A stretch of DNA of 64,000 nucleotides from Utricularia gibba. Its lineage: Eukaryota; Plantae; Magnoliophyta. A program made the translations under genes and the position numbers. The stretch covers positions 434,001 through 498,000 of the forward strand of contig NEEC01000008.1 in NCBI GenBank assembly GCA_002189035.1, written 5' to 3'. The number at the start of each line of letters is the position of its first letter. Position 1 is the stretch's first letter. Shown in pieces: positions 1-14,470 of this stretch. Under the pieces are notes generated by a model. That model was given only the letters and a program-made list of their open reading frames with translations. It made no database searches and was not told the DNA's origin.

Positions 1-3000
1 GCTAGTGACTTTGCCAGCAGCTCCCTGCAGTTTAAAAAAATCATTCATTTCTTCAATATGACAGTGAGCTAGTGAGCTTGCACTTGTATTCTTGCCAAGT
101 ATGATCCAACACATTTCCGTTTCAATGACTGAGCATGTGAAGGAAGAAGAAGAAGAAGAAGAAGAATAAACGAGGAAGCTGGAGTACTAACCATTCCTTG
201 CAATTCCGATATCTCAGACTGAGGAGGTAATGAAGCTACAGAGTTTTCCCTTTCATGCATTTTTTCTAAACCCCTCGCTGGGTTGGAGTTTTCATATGAT
301 TTGGCCTTGTTTGACAAATCAGCCATATCCTTGGGGCACCAAGTTCTTCATTCTTTGATCGTAGTATCTCAGATTTGAGTGTAATAGCCATAACCAGTTG
401 ATCAAGCATCGACAAAAGCTGTACTGAATCATGCATTTTCTTTTCATCCAGCAAGTCCGTTCCTCCTAACCTCTTAATCAGTCTTATTAGATCTGATTCA
501 ATTTCCAATAGCTTGTTCATTTCTTCTGAGTCTGACATGTTTTCTGCTTTTCCCTTAACTTGTTTTCTCAGTGATACAATTTCTGGAATCTGTTGATCAA
601 CCAATGACTTCAGCTCCTCGTTTTCTTTTAAAAGAAAGTTCACCTTGTGAAGATACTCATTGAAACTGTCTATAATGTAACACAGTTTCCGAAGATCTAT
701 TGAGTCGTGAGCATCTCCACCCGAATTAGCAGACTCCATGGGGACTGTGATGCCATTCAATTTTTTAAAAATGGCATTCAACTGAGATTCTGGGAAGAGA
801 GGGTCCATTTCTGCAAGAAAAAAAACGAAGCCAGCTGTTGCTAAGTACATTGTAATGAAAAATACCAGAGAGCAAGCATAAGAAGAGCATCAAACTCTTC
901 ATCGAATTAGAATCCACATACCCTGAAATTTTGACAATGAAGCAGACAGGTCGGCTTCTCTCTTCCTCAGTTCATCCATTTTTTCTTTATAGTCATCTAT
1001 TTGAATAGAGTACAAGTTCTTTTGGGCCTCCAAATTATCCTCCAGTTTCCAGATCTGCTTTTTGTAAGATTCGCTTTCTTTGGAAGCTTTATCGAAATTA
1101 ATCTGCGTTACTTCCAATCTGTCCTGCAAATCTCCTGTCATCTCTGACATCTTATGGAATGAATCCTTTAACTGTTGGATGAGATCACAAATGTGTCTTG
1201 TCGCAATTAAAAGTTTCTCAGAGGCCTCGATATGGTTGGTGACAAGTGCTGTGGGAGTCTGCTGCTCGACTGTTTGGAAATCTACAGCCATATTACCTTC
1301 AAGCTTAATCAGTTCACTGATAGATCCCAATACAGGAAAACTATTACTCAACATTTCAGTGGCATCAGCGCAAGCGGAGGATAAAAATCTGTTATCACTC
1401 TCAATTGATGCAATAATTTCCTCTTGTTTTTGCTTATCAAGATCCAACTCCATAATATTTTGCTTGAGAACTTTTGTGTAATTTATTATACTTCTTATTC
1501 TATCTCTTGTAACATGCAATCTTCTCAACAGACTAACATATGATTCGTCGATGCAACCTGATAAATTGCCAAATTTATCAGCCAGCATCTTTCCTTTCTG
1601 ACACAATCTTTCATTTGCCTTCTCAATCTGAAGTGATAGGTCACCAACGTCAACCACATCAATTTCATTTTCAAAACTTTCCGAATTCCAAGAACTAACC
1701 GGGCTACTTGAATAACTAGTTGATACGGGATCCTACATATTGCAAAGAAGAGAAGCAGAGTTAATTAGACAAAACAAGAGATTCGCATAACCCAATGTAG
1801 ACTTCATTGCTCAAGTGATGTTATTTTTTTTGAATGAATAAGATATTTAACAAAAAAAAAATTACCTCCACATCAAAACGGATTTCTAAATCAGGCTCCA
1901 TTTCAGTAAAACAATCTCTGATATCTTTAAATAAAGAATCAATATTCTTCAAACTCTCGATGTGTCTTTCAGAGTAATGTGCAATCAAGGATGGAAGTGT
2001 CTGATCTTTCAAAAGCAGCTGAAAATTATTAAGAATGACAGCAGTGTCCAATGAATTATTCTCTATGCTGCCATGGGTCCTTGCTAACTCTTGTGTGCAA
2101 GATTCCAACTTTACGGAAAGAGATGAAATCTCTTGTTCATTAACTATTTTTCCTTGAACGAGTTCCTCAATTTTATGTTCAGCATCTACTAGGGAAGCTT
2201 CAAGCACCCTGATCGTACTGGAGGATTCAGATATCATGCTAAAACTTGATTCAACTTCAATCCTCAGTTTATGTATCTCTTTGCTCAAATCAGCCCTACC
2301 AAGTTCCAGCTCGTTGTTCTGTTCAGCAAGTATAGCTATATTCTTCTGGGCTTGAGATAATGCATTTTCTAGTGTCTCAATTGTTTTTCCAGCGTCAAAA
2401 AGTTTAACAGTCTGATGCGAAAATTCCTCCTCTAAGAACCGCAGCTTCTCTTCAGCAATATTTTTGCTTTCTACAGTAGCATCTCTTTCATTAATGAGCT
2501 GGGATATGTTATCCCTTGCTTGCGATAGATGGTCTTCAAGTGCTCTGGCATTTAGTGAAACCTTTTCCAGCGAGCTTGAGTGAGAGGCAGCTCTCTCCTT
2601 TTCCTCATGCAATTCCTTCTCAAGCAGAGCTCTCTCACTTTCAAGCTCCTCCTTCTCATTCAAGAGCACAGATTGGTTGTTTTCAGCAACCAACAAGGCA
2701 TCTTCCAAGGATTTTATTATTGTTTGCATGCTTGATAGCTTCCCAGATAAAAAACTTGATACATCCCTTACTTTCCTCAGCTCTTCTTCAGCCTCCATCT
2801 TTGCCATTTCGTTTTCATTCAGGTGATTTGAAATCCATCTCAATTTTCCAATAGGCTCCTCAAAAACTACATTGTCTGAAATCGTAATACTTTCAATGAC
2901 CTCAAGGATACTTTTTAATGTTCTGTTGCTCTCTGAAAGATACTTCTCAAGCTGATCCACGTGATCCTTTGCAGAGACAAGCTCTTTCTGCAACACGGGA

Positions 3001-5846
3001 ATCAAATCAACTTCCTGTGTCAATTTAGCAATTTGGCCCAAAGATGCATTATACTGTGATATGTTTTGCTGTAGTTCAGACTTCAAGTTCTCAATTTCTG
3101 AGTTTCTTTCATTCAAAATAGTTTTAAAATTTTCCTTTTCTTGAGCAAGCCCTTTGCCCTTTTTGATTGCCATAGACAATTTGTCCTTCAGTACAGCACA
3201 CCTATCCTCCAGATGACTAATGTTTTTGTGCATAGCCGCCTTGTCATCAATTAATGCCTTTAGCTCCAGAGTCTTTTTTTCAAGTTGACCTGACAAATAA
3301 TCCATTGTCTCCCTATCCAAGAGATCTTCCTCAACAACTAGCTCATAGAGACTCATCCCCTGATACGTCACATAAATAAAACTCTGTAAATCTTCAAAGG
3401 TTTCATCATAATGAGATGGCCTGAATAGCGTATTATTTTCTTTTATTTTTCCAAGACATATATCAAAAATAGTCTTCATGTCAGGGGCTCTGGATGGGTT
3501 TCATCCCGTGCATAATCTACATTTCCAGATGCCTCCAGCAGCCAATTCAATAACCTGTCTTTATCCATTGCAATAAGGCGTTCCCTTTCAACAGCCCCTT
3601 CATGTTGCTGTCTTAAATTCTCGGATTCTAATTTAATACAAGCCTTTTCATGTGACTCAGCTGAAAGCAAAGCCTTCAGGTGATTGACCTCCTCAAGATG
3701 ACGTGACCTTTCCATCTCAACAGCTTTCTCGTATTCCCGTCTCAAGTTCTCCAGCTCCACCAGGAGGTCACTCTTCTCCTGCAAATCAGCTGAGTGTGAT
3801 TCTTTAAGCATATCGATCTCAGTATTTAAAGATTCTCTGGCTCCAGCCATTTCACGTCTTAGCCTCTCACTATTGTCATATTCTTCTCTCAATTCCTTTC
3901 CTTCTGCCTCAAGACAGAAAATCTCTAGAGTCTGAGCCACAAGAAAAACCGTAAGATTAGAAATCTCAAAATCCGAAAATTCTTTAATTTTAGCTAACTC
4001 AGAATGCAACTTCGCAGCTTCTTGTTTAGAGTGATCAAACGATTCAACAAGCCAATTTATACGGCTATCTAATTCACTTGATGCCACTGATTCTGGAAAA
4101 TCTAATGACAATATGGCATCATATAGTTTATGGTACTCAGTTCTTAAATATTTGTTCTCATGGACAAGCAAACTAATTTGGCCACCTATCTGTTCAGATT
4201 GTAATTCCTCAGAAGCCATGCTCTCAGATAATATTTCTCTACATTTTTGAAGTATAAGCTCCTTTTCTGAAAGCAATTCCTGCATCGAAGATGAGGACTC
4301 TTCAATGGCCTCAAGCAATTCCTTAGTTTTTTCTGCAGCTTGTAGAGCAGTCGACTTGTCTTGCAGTTCAAGGAGCACCTTTCCAATTCATTTGTTTTCT
4401 CAGCTAGCAATTGCTTGAGTGAGTCCCTTTGCTGTACCAATGCCTTTCCTTTTGTCACAGCCATGCTAAGCTTCTCCTTTGTGTTAGCATACCTATTCCT
4501 TTCAATTTCAACTTCCGCAGTCAGTCGTTGATTTTCTCCATTAAGATGTTCCAGCATTGATCTATGCTTGTCTAACTCATGAACTATTTTACTTTTTTCA
4601 TCTTGTAAATTGCTTATACCAGCGTGCAGATTTGCCTCTTTTGCTCTTGATTCTAGAATAAGATTACGTGCTATTGCAAAAGTTTCCCATTCACTAATTA
4701 TACTTGAATTGGAGCCAACCTCAATCAGTGATTGCCGAAGCTGCTCAGTTTCAGAAGCAAAAGCAACATAACCTTGAACCAAGAATGCAATTGATTTCTC
4801 CATGTTTTCCATCTTTCGAGTAAGAGTTTCTTCTGATCCTTCTTGATAGTATACCATGGAAATAGAAGTCAGCATCCTGTTTGCAACCTCCTCAATGAGA
4901 GACATATCAACAAGTTTAGCATTGAGAGAGTCGATCTCATGGTCTTTTTTCTGCAGTACGGAGTGAAGTTCAGCTATTCTCTTCTCATTCTCTGAAGCAC
5001 TTTTAAAAAACCGAGAGCACTCAGTTAACATCTCAAGCGAAGAGACATTGGACCCTGCATTGATTGCATTCTGTTTTACCGAGGGGGTTTTCATATGCTC
5101 ATCATATTCATAAGGCTCTCTCCGTTGCTCGTTATATGCCTTCACTTGGAAATACAGATGAGCAAGTTCAGTCATCAACACTCTTTTTTCTTCCTGCATG
5201 GAAAAAAGTGTTCCATTTAGCTCATAATTCATTCAAGTGACTAAACCAGGACGGACATATTCAACAGTAAACCTCATAATCATTGAAGTTTATTTCCTTC
5301 TCTTCTAAACCCATGTCATGGGTGTCATGCAATTGCTTTACATCATAGATCAATTGTGGTTGTTTAACCTCATTTTTCGATTCATCATCTTGAACAACAG
5401 GCATGTTATCCTCGTCATTTTGCTGAGATGATGTCTCAATTTCGTCCGGACAATCAACAAACATATCATCCCTACCACCATCCTCCAGTATACTTCCATT
5501 GTAATGCACTTCATGGGAAGATTTTGCTCCAGCTTCATCATCAGCCCCCAAAGGATCTAACTGCGAAGCAAGATCACCAAAGCACATCATATAGGTTGTG
5601 AAAGAATACCTGTTCACTACGGCAAAAAGATAGCGCCTCAAACAGTACACGGACCAGAATAACTAAAACTCAACTCCCAGTCTGCATGCTTACGCTCCCA
5701 AAACTAAAAAGATACCGAACCTGATGAGCAGAATAGCCAGCATCTTCAGCATCAGCTCCACTGTGAATAGGCAATCCATTATCCAACCCACCAGACTCTC
5801 CTTCTACCGAAGCCCCATCTTCATCACGACTATCAACCATCTCCAT
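1..5846 (-). CDS. TNO1: TGN-localized SYP41-interacting protein 1 (TNO1)-like long coiled-coil protein; 3' end lies beyond the left edge; three apparent 1-bp frameshifts
   Basis: GT-AG exons read by hand: 5846-5721, 5560-5273, 5193-1866, 1732-922, 810-192, 24-<1. Recalled TNO1-family motifs: DMFVDCPDEI, KEKLSMAVTKGKALVQQRDSLKQ, DKLSMAIKKGKGL, LFKKLNGITVP, QSEISE. The frame breaks at 4372-4373, 3484-3487 and 333-336; each is repaired by adding one G to a G run, and I saw no in-frame stops elsewhere. Confidence 0.88.
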
Positions 5847-6354
5847 TAATCATCACTCAATCAGATCCGTTCCTTTTTCTTCCAACAGGAAAAAAATTAA
5901 AAAAAAAAAGAAACTGCGCTTGGGAATCCCTGCAAACTGGGAAAAGAGCAAAAGAAAATCGGATTCACTTAACGGATCTTGGCAATGGCACCGGTACCGT
6001 TGGGAGGGAAGAAGTGATTATTGCACAACACGTCTAAATACAATTGTCGGTATTTACCAAACGACGGCGTATTCTGAATCTCGGAGCGACATGCGCCTTA
6101 ATGAATCTCGGGCCATGTGATACCCATTGGGCCTCTGGTTTGAGCTGGCCCACATAACATTGCAGGCATAATGATAAAAATAGAAATTTCTGTTTTCTAT
6201 GAGATAAGCGGATAAACCTGGCCCACCGGTCGTTTCCTAGAATAAAACCAACGGATCGCGGTTTCCAGTCCCTACACCGGCCACTAGTCGTGCTCTGCTT
6301 TCATCGCTTCTGTAGTTTTCGTCGGGGCGTAGCGCTGTAGATCCTCTTGAAGTT
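5847..6354. promoter_or_regulatory. Shared divergent promoter of TNO1-like and GAPC with site II (TGGGCY) elements
   Basis: 508 bp between the two ATGs. TGGGCC at 6128-6133, GGCCCA at 6147-6152 and 6220-6225. No clear TATA box seen. Confidence 0.6.
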
Positions 6355-8255
<1,901 letters not shown>

Positions 8256-11200
8256 GAGCTTTCTGGTTCATATTTCTAGCTGCATCTTGTACGGCTCGGC
8301 CTTCATCGTTTCCCTTGAAGAAATAAGGCGATTGTGTGGACGTTTCTGTTAGATAGAACCCTATGCTCTCAGTGTTTCAGAATCCGCCACATGCTCAAAA
8401 TGAAGAATCAAGAGTTACTGCAAGTTTTGTCTTACACGAGTTTTTCTTTGAAATAAGGAGACCAGCGCATATTAAAAAATAATTCATGTTTTTTTTTGTG
8501 TTCAAAAGTAATGAGGTGGTTAGCCAGACCAGACAAGATGGGTTAGTGTGTGATTATTATTTAAAGGTAAAAGATGAATTTGAAAAAGTTATTAAAGTAT
8601 TAAAAATAATTTCTTAAATTAACAATAACTAGAGTGCAAAAGCTTAATTATTATATATGCATGAATATTTTTAAATTTGTGAATTTATATATTTTGATAT
8701 ACAATTATTTTTTATTAAATGAGAAATTTTGTACACTCTTTCATTATTTATATATCAATTTTTAATAGTTTATAATTATCTAACACCCTATGATATAGTG
8801 ACTTGGTAACAACAGCCCTTCGGTTAGGTTTGTTACCCCGGCCACCTCACTCACAGCTCCGTCAACCTCTTACCCTTGTGAGATGTCTTGGCTTTGCATT
8901 TTACCTAACTAACCAAGTTTACTTGCATTTTACCTCACTCACAACATTTATTTGCATTTTACTTTTATTAAAAATAAAATAATTTTGTAATTTTATCAAA
9001 TAGTATATTAATATTCCTTTTTTAAAAGATTACAAAATCTACTTAACAAAATAATAAAATGTAATACATTATTTTTTTCAAAAAAATTTAATGCTATATC
9101 AATGATAAAAAAACATAAAATAAATTTCATGAACAAATATCAAACATATGATAAGATAGAATATCAAAAATAGATTATATAACAAATTTTATTGTTAACA
9201 TATATTATATATCAAAAGAAATTAATATATAAGTTAAATGAGTATTTTCTTTCAAAGATATCTTTTATTTACATTACAATTAAATATATTTTATATTTTC
9301 AGAAAAATGTAAAAAAATCAATTTAATAAAATATACTTAAGTAAAAATTAAATTAAAAATCATGAATAATTTAAGTTTAGTTTTATCGTATATTCAATAT
9401 AAAATCAAAAATACTTGTTATATAAATACAGATAACAATTAATTATGTTATATAAATAAATTATTTAATTTATTAAAAATTGAAAATCGATTTCAAATCT
9501 TTTGCATAATATTATTAATGAAAAAAAAAATTATTTATCAAAATAAAAATTAGAACAACATCAAGGAGTAATATATGTAATATATAAAATATTGATTCGA
9601 TATTAAAAAATTATATTGTGGAAACTTTTAAGTAAAAATAAAATATTGAATTAAAAATAAAATATAATATAAAGCAATTCATTTTGTTTTTCACATTTAT
9701 ACTAAAATTTTTATTCAAAAATAAAATAAATTACGGATTTGATTTCTTGATAAACTTTATCATACAATTGATAAATATTTTATCTTATTAAAAAATTATT
9801 TATATTTTACTTTATCAATAAAATTAATTCGTGTTTTACTTTATCATAAATCCAATTTAATTTTTAATTATTTTAGATAAAATGTAATGCAAAATCATAA
9901 AATATAAATTTAAATAAAAGAAATATACAACATAGGTATTATATAATGTCGATTTTCAATAAATACATTATATTTTAAAATATATTAATACAACAAATAT
10001 ATAATTAAATCATAAAATGATATATTAAATGTAATATTTCATTTGTTTTGTAGTCACAATAGACTGCACACCATTTGGCAAATACAATATTTTCTTAATA
10101 GTTGTGTCACCTGCGATTAACATGCCATTCTCATGAATGATGATGAGAGTGTTGATGAATTTAGATGTGACAATGAGGCTCATGCAAAAAAGGAAGAGTT
10201 TGCCTCATGATTTCAATGATGTTCCTCATATGATGAATGTCTAAATGTGGAGTTATTTGGAATAGAAAAATGTCTTGATGATAGAATAGTAAGCATTGAA
10301 GATTCTTATTCATGAAATAATAGAGGTCTAGAATTCAAATCAATAGAACTTAATTCATATGCCTTATTTTGACGACATCTAATTCTTTGTTAAACATTAG
10401 TAGATCTCTTATATCTTTTTGTATTATCACGATAAGTTTAATTTTATGTCTTTATTGATCAATTGAAAGTCGAAAAGGTGTTGGCACCCACTCATGTTTA
10501 TCTTGTATTGGATGGATTTCAAAGACGTAAGTATTTATTAAAAAAAAAAGTCAGATAATTGTTATTTACTTTATATTTTGGATTTATTCGAAAATTGTGA
10601 TAAGTATTCACATATAACAATATATTAGTTAATAGTTTAAATTTGTATCAATAAGTAGTTTACCTTTTACATATAATGTATAGATATCGATATATTTGTA
10701 AAATTTCGCAATCATATTCATGCTTTTGAACTTTAACTTTATAAGTTTCTAGTGAATTTGTAACTTCTAATTTGATTTCATCTTGTTGAGTAGTAACATC
10801 ATATACTATGCAAACAAGATATTTTAATAATTTAGAACACTCTTCATATTTCTTATTAATCTTTTCATCTAATGGAATTCCTTTTTTGTCGTATACTTAT
10901 TGCAGCGTTATATTTGTGAAAATATTTACTTCCCTTATCAAATGCAACCTAGAAACATGTGTCACGATAATGAATATAAATATAAAAATTTTGTGTATAT
11001 TAACCTATACAATTATCATTGACGGTAATCATCGAGCACCATATAAGATACCGTTGAGAGCCTTAACATGATTGGTAGTCATTATCGTATTATGATTTCA
11101 ATAAAAAAGAAATAAATATAATTTCATATATTGGTATACTTCATCGTATAACAATGTTCATTATTGTAATGGAATATTTTTTATATAGTCAAAATATTTT

Positions 11201-11380
11201 GAAAATGAACCTCTAATTAAATTAAATATTCCTTTTGACTTTCAACCAATTTTATTCATACAATTCTTTCGTATGTGATATACACAAAAACGATGAACAA
11301 CATATGCATGAGTGAAATGTCTATATATTTTGAAAGTTGCCAAAAGTCCAAATCTATAATTATGATGATATAAACCTTAA

Positions 11381-11393
11381 GGGCCAGTTTGGT
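11381..11393 (+). mobile_element. Possible orphan PIF/Harbinger-type terminal inverted repeat
   Basis: TAA followed by GGGCCAGTTTGGT, resembling the GGGCCTGTTTGG end of Tourist/Harbinger elements. I found no partner end. Confidence 0.3.
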
Positions 11394-11797
11394 AGATAGG
11401 GTTGGAATAAATTGGATTATAGTTATTTGGGATATTTGATGGGTTTACATTTACTTAAGTTTAAGTAATTTGCATGTTTGGTAAATTGGACTGCAAAAAA
11501 ACTGATAAGCATATAGAAATCAATATATATATACTTATCTTTTTATTAATTTACATTTTTCATCTTTAAATAATATTTCATTTTTAATATATTTTTTCAA
11601 AACCACCGTCCCTTTTCTATACCATCGATTCCAGAGCAGAGGGGTAGGGTTTATCAATTCCCTCCACAAGCACATCTGTAAGCATTGTTGTTGCGGGTGC
11701 CTAGTGTATTCATGTAGATGAGGGGCTCGATGGAGAAAAAAGTTAGGAGTTAATTTGAAAAATACCCACTATAATTTAACTGTGTGATAAAAGTACC

Positions 11798-12313
11798 TAT
11801 TAAGGGCGAAAATCGGTATACCGGACTGGGCCGATTTTTGGGTTATGAACGGCATCGTTTCTTTCCGTCGTCTGCTCAGTTTGATCGGATGAAATGGAAA
11901 TATGTGAGGATTTTTTACATGGAAACCACCGTGAGGCGGAAAAACCACGGAGTTGTCGGAGCTCGTCGGAGAAAATGTTTATTAAACGGAGATGGTGGAG
12001 AAAGGTACAGATTGGGAGGCTTGGGATCGAATCCCTTCTCCCGTCATGATTCCTTTTATTTATAGGGGAGGCCAGTCTATCCGATTCTTTGCCTTTGACG
12101 GTGTCGGTTACTTTTGCGCCTACTATGCGACCCAGCTTTCCAAACATTGGCCGCCTATTCCACCGTGATTCGGCTGCTTTTCAGACTGTGTCAGACGGCC
12201 ATCGCTGTCAAATTTCTGACACATATCGGCCTGCTGACTGGCATTATCCTATCAAGGCTCCTTTTCGTAGCCTTTCAAAATCCGATCATCCCCACCCGAT
12301 TTACACCCCATCA
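11798..12313 (-). mobile_element. Solo LTR of a Tat/Retand-type Ty3/gypsy family
   Basis: 5-bp TSD GTACC (11793-11797 / 12314-12318). Minus strand starts TGATGG and carries a CTATAAATA box. Clearly homologous to the LTR at 46495-47007; both translate spuriously as RKNHG...GGLGSNPF. Confidence 0.85.
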
Positions 12314-12386
12314 GTACCGATCTTATGTTGAAAAAAATAGCCGTAGTTTGTGAGAGAGATTGGTAGTGGGTACTTTAATAAAAGAC

Positions 12387-13604
12387 TGATGAACGTTGGA
12401 ATGGGTTGCTAAATGTCGCAGTTTAGCACATTCAACGCATCAAAAGAAATTTATAAACCGAGCTATTCTACTACACAAATCACAAGAATTAATGTAGTGT
12501 GGCAAGCAAGGGTCGAATCCACAAGGAATGGTTGCAATTTTCTGAAGTTCAACACAATTACCTAAAACAGGGGGTTTTCTGGAATTTAAGTCTAATGCGG
12601 GTAAGACGTAAAATAACAGTTCTTGGAATAAACGAGTTGCAGGGATGAAGAGGGACTGAAATTAACGTGAAGGTGCATAAAACATAAAATAAAAGTAATT
12701 TGGCTCGGTTTTACACCAGGGTCTAGCTCTTGTGTCACTCAAGAGAGCCCTTAGGCTTAAACCCAGCTTGGAAGCTTGAAAACAGAGTAATAGTTTGCAG
12801 AAACAGAGCATGGTTCGCATGAACAGTAAAAGCGCGTTAAACTTAAAGGCAAACATGGAAAGCTTAAATAGAAACATGTTTATAAACTAAGGTAAGGTCT
12901 ACAACGAGTTTCCAGTTCATAGCAAGGTACCGAAAAGCATCAGAAAGCATAAAAACAACGGCAATAACAGTAGCAAGTTCAAGTAGAAAAGGGAGTGCAG
13001 AAATCTATAAATAAAAGTTGCAGGATGCTTCTGTGGGCTGGAGATTTGTTGGAAATCGAAGTTCTGGCCAGAACGGTGGTATAGACACGCAGATCTGGAG
13101 GTCGCCGGAGACTTGCACCGGAGAAACGGAGTTCTCCTTGCTCCCGCTCGCTCCTGTTCGCTGCCTGTGCACTCTGCGTGCATAGTGTTCTCTCCTTCTT
13201 CTCTCCCTTCCTTTTCCTTTTTGCAGCTAAAAAGTAAGGGTAGCTTCGTCTTTTCCTTAGGCTTCTAGAAGGGAGATCTCTGCTCCATATCTTATCTCTT
13301 CAGAAGGGTGGCTACTTTCGGCGGAAAGTGGCTTTTGCACAGCTTTTCTGTCCCTTCTGACTTGTCAACGCGGAAAGTGCGCTGCTACAGTACTAGCTCT
13401 TACCCTAGTAAGACTTAAAACATAGACTGGACAAAATACTAGAGTTTTTGGCTCAATTGTTGCCAATTGAGCCTATTTTCACAATAAACACATTCTAGTA
13501 GACTAAATACGCAAAAGAAGATAATTTAGCATACTAAATAACATTTATCCTTACAAAATATGCTTAAAAACATATATAAAAACATAATAAAAATGGTGTT
13601 ATCA
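12387..13604 (-). mobile_element. Athila-like solo LTR
   Basis: TG...CA ends and 5-bp TSD AAGAC (12382-12386 / 13605-13609). GCAAGGGTCGAATCCACAAGGAA motif near one end, as in Athila-type LTRs. Confidence 0.8.
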
Positions 13605-13779
13605 AAGACCCAAAAAGTTGGAGTTGTAGGATTGATGGTTAACCGTTGTGAAGGATGTCAGTACAACAGCAGGTTTTCGAGACAAGGGTTTTGCAATTTT
13701 GTTAAATAATAATAATTTAAATTAATTAATAAAAAGGGTTTTTTAGTCTTAGTTAGGACTAAATCATAGATTTAGTCCC

Positions 13780-14470
13780 AACCTTCTAATAGTACTCTTT
13801 GAGCAATGCAGCACAAGTCGGCAACACAAATCTCAAGGAGCCGGATATGAACAGTGTAGTGGAACAGGATGAGGCAAAAGTTTGAAAAGAATAACACAAA
13901 ATCCAAAGAGATGAAAAAGGAGGATTTTGAAAAAAAAGGGGATAAGATGGAAAGAGAAAAAAATTTTCCCCATTGGAGACATACGACACAGCTTTCTGAA
14001 GATTTCTTCTGGGAGAAAGAAGGAAGGGGGACGATAACCTAGAAGAACCAATTTCTTTTTAAAGATTTTCTTTCATTCTTGATAAATACTGTTTCTAGTT
14101 GAAACTAGTTTTAGTTTTACTGCGTGAACCATTTGTCTTTTCTATTTCTATTATCCACTATTTGTTGTGAGTGAAACCAGAATGTTGCTTAGGATAAGTT
14201 ATGAAAATGTTTTCCTTTCCCTTGTTATGAGTGGCTAAGTGCTTAGAGGGATGCCTTGGGACCAAAGGGGTATAATATGATAATCAATTATTTGACCTTA
14301 TTAACCATAGATCACACCACTTCCTTAACAAATTAGGATAGATCTAGTAGGAGGAAGTAGTGAAACCCATATTAACAATCCTAATTAGAAGCAAACCAAA
14401 GATTAGGGGGAAAACAAAAGTCCAGGTAGACCTAGACTTTGTCTATCTCTAAAATGCATTCTAATACATA
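13780..14470 (+). mobile_element. Probable degenerate Athila-like LTR fragment
   Basis: Purine-rich block followed by a T-rich block and a TTATGAGTGGCTAA motif that I associate with Athila LTRs. No ends or TSD defined; boundaries approximate. Confidence 0.35.

Larger units (their letters stand above)
11746..13611. mobile_element. Mutator-like MITE (~120 bp net) interrupted by two solo LTRs
   Basis: Left end GGAGTTAATTTGAAAAATACCCACTA. The right end, rejoined across the second LTR, reads TAGTGGGTACTTTAATAAAAGACCC, an imperfect inverted repeat of the left end. Flanking 9-bp repeat AAAAAGTTA (11737-11745) / AAAAAGTTG (13612-13620). Confidence 0.6.

Noticed and set aside
143-166. (GAA)n microsatellite
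   Set aside because: Short, and part of an intronic polypyrimidine tract on the minus strand; ordinary.
1080-2854. Plus-strand ORFs 1080-1481 and 2516-2854
   Set aside because: Antisense shadows of the coiled-coil gene's codon bias.
5194-5272. Apparent stop and frameshift between track ORFs 5261-5650 and 4186-5232
   Set aside because: It is a normal 79-nt GT-AG intron (YE|EEKRVL).
1-5846. Calling TNO1 a pseudogene
   Set aside because: Its only lesions are three homopolymer single-base losses, the same pattern seen across the window. Left as a CDS pending read-level checks.
8500-11370. Very AT-rich region with short ORFs and three TTGCATTTTAC repeats near 8894-8961
   Set aside because: No termini, TSD or protein motif found. 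Probably old TE debris, but I cannot support a specific call.
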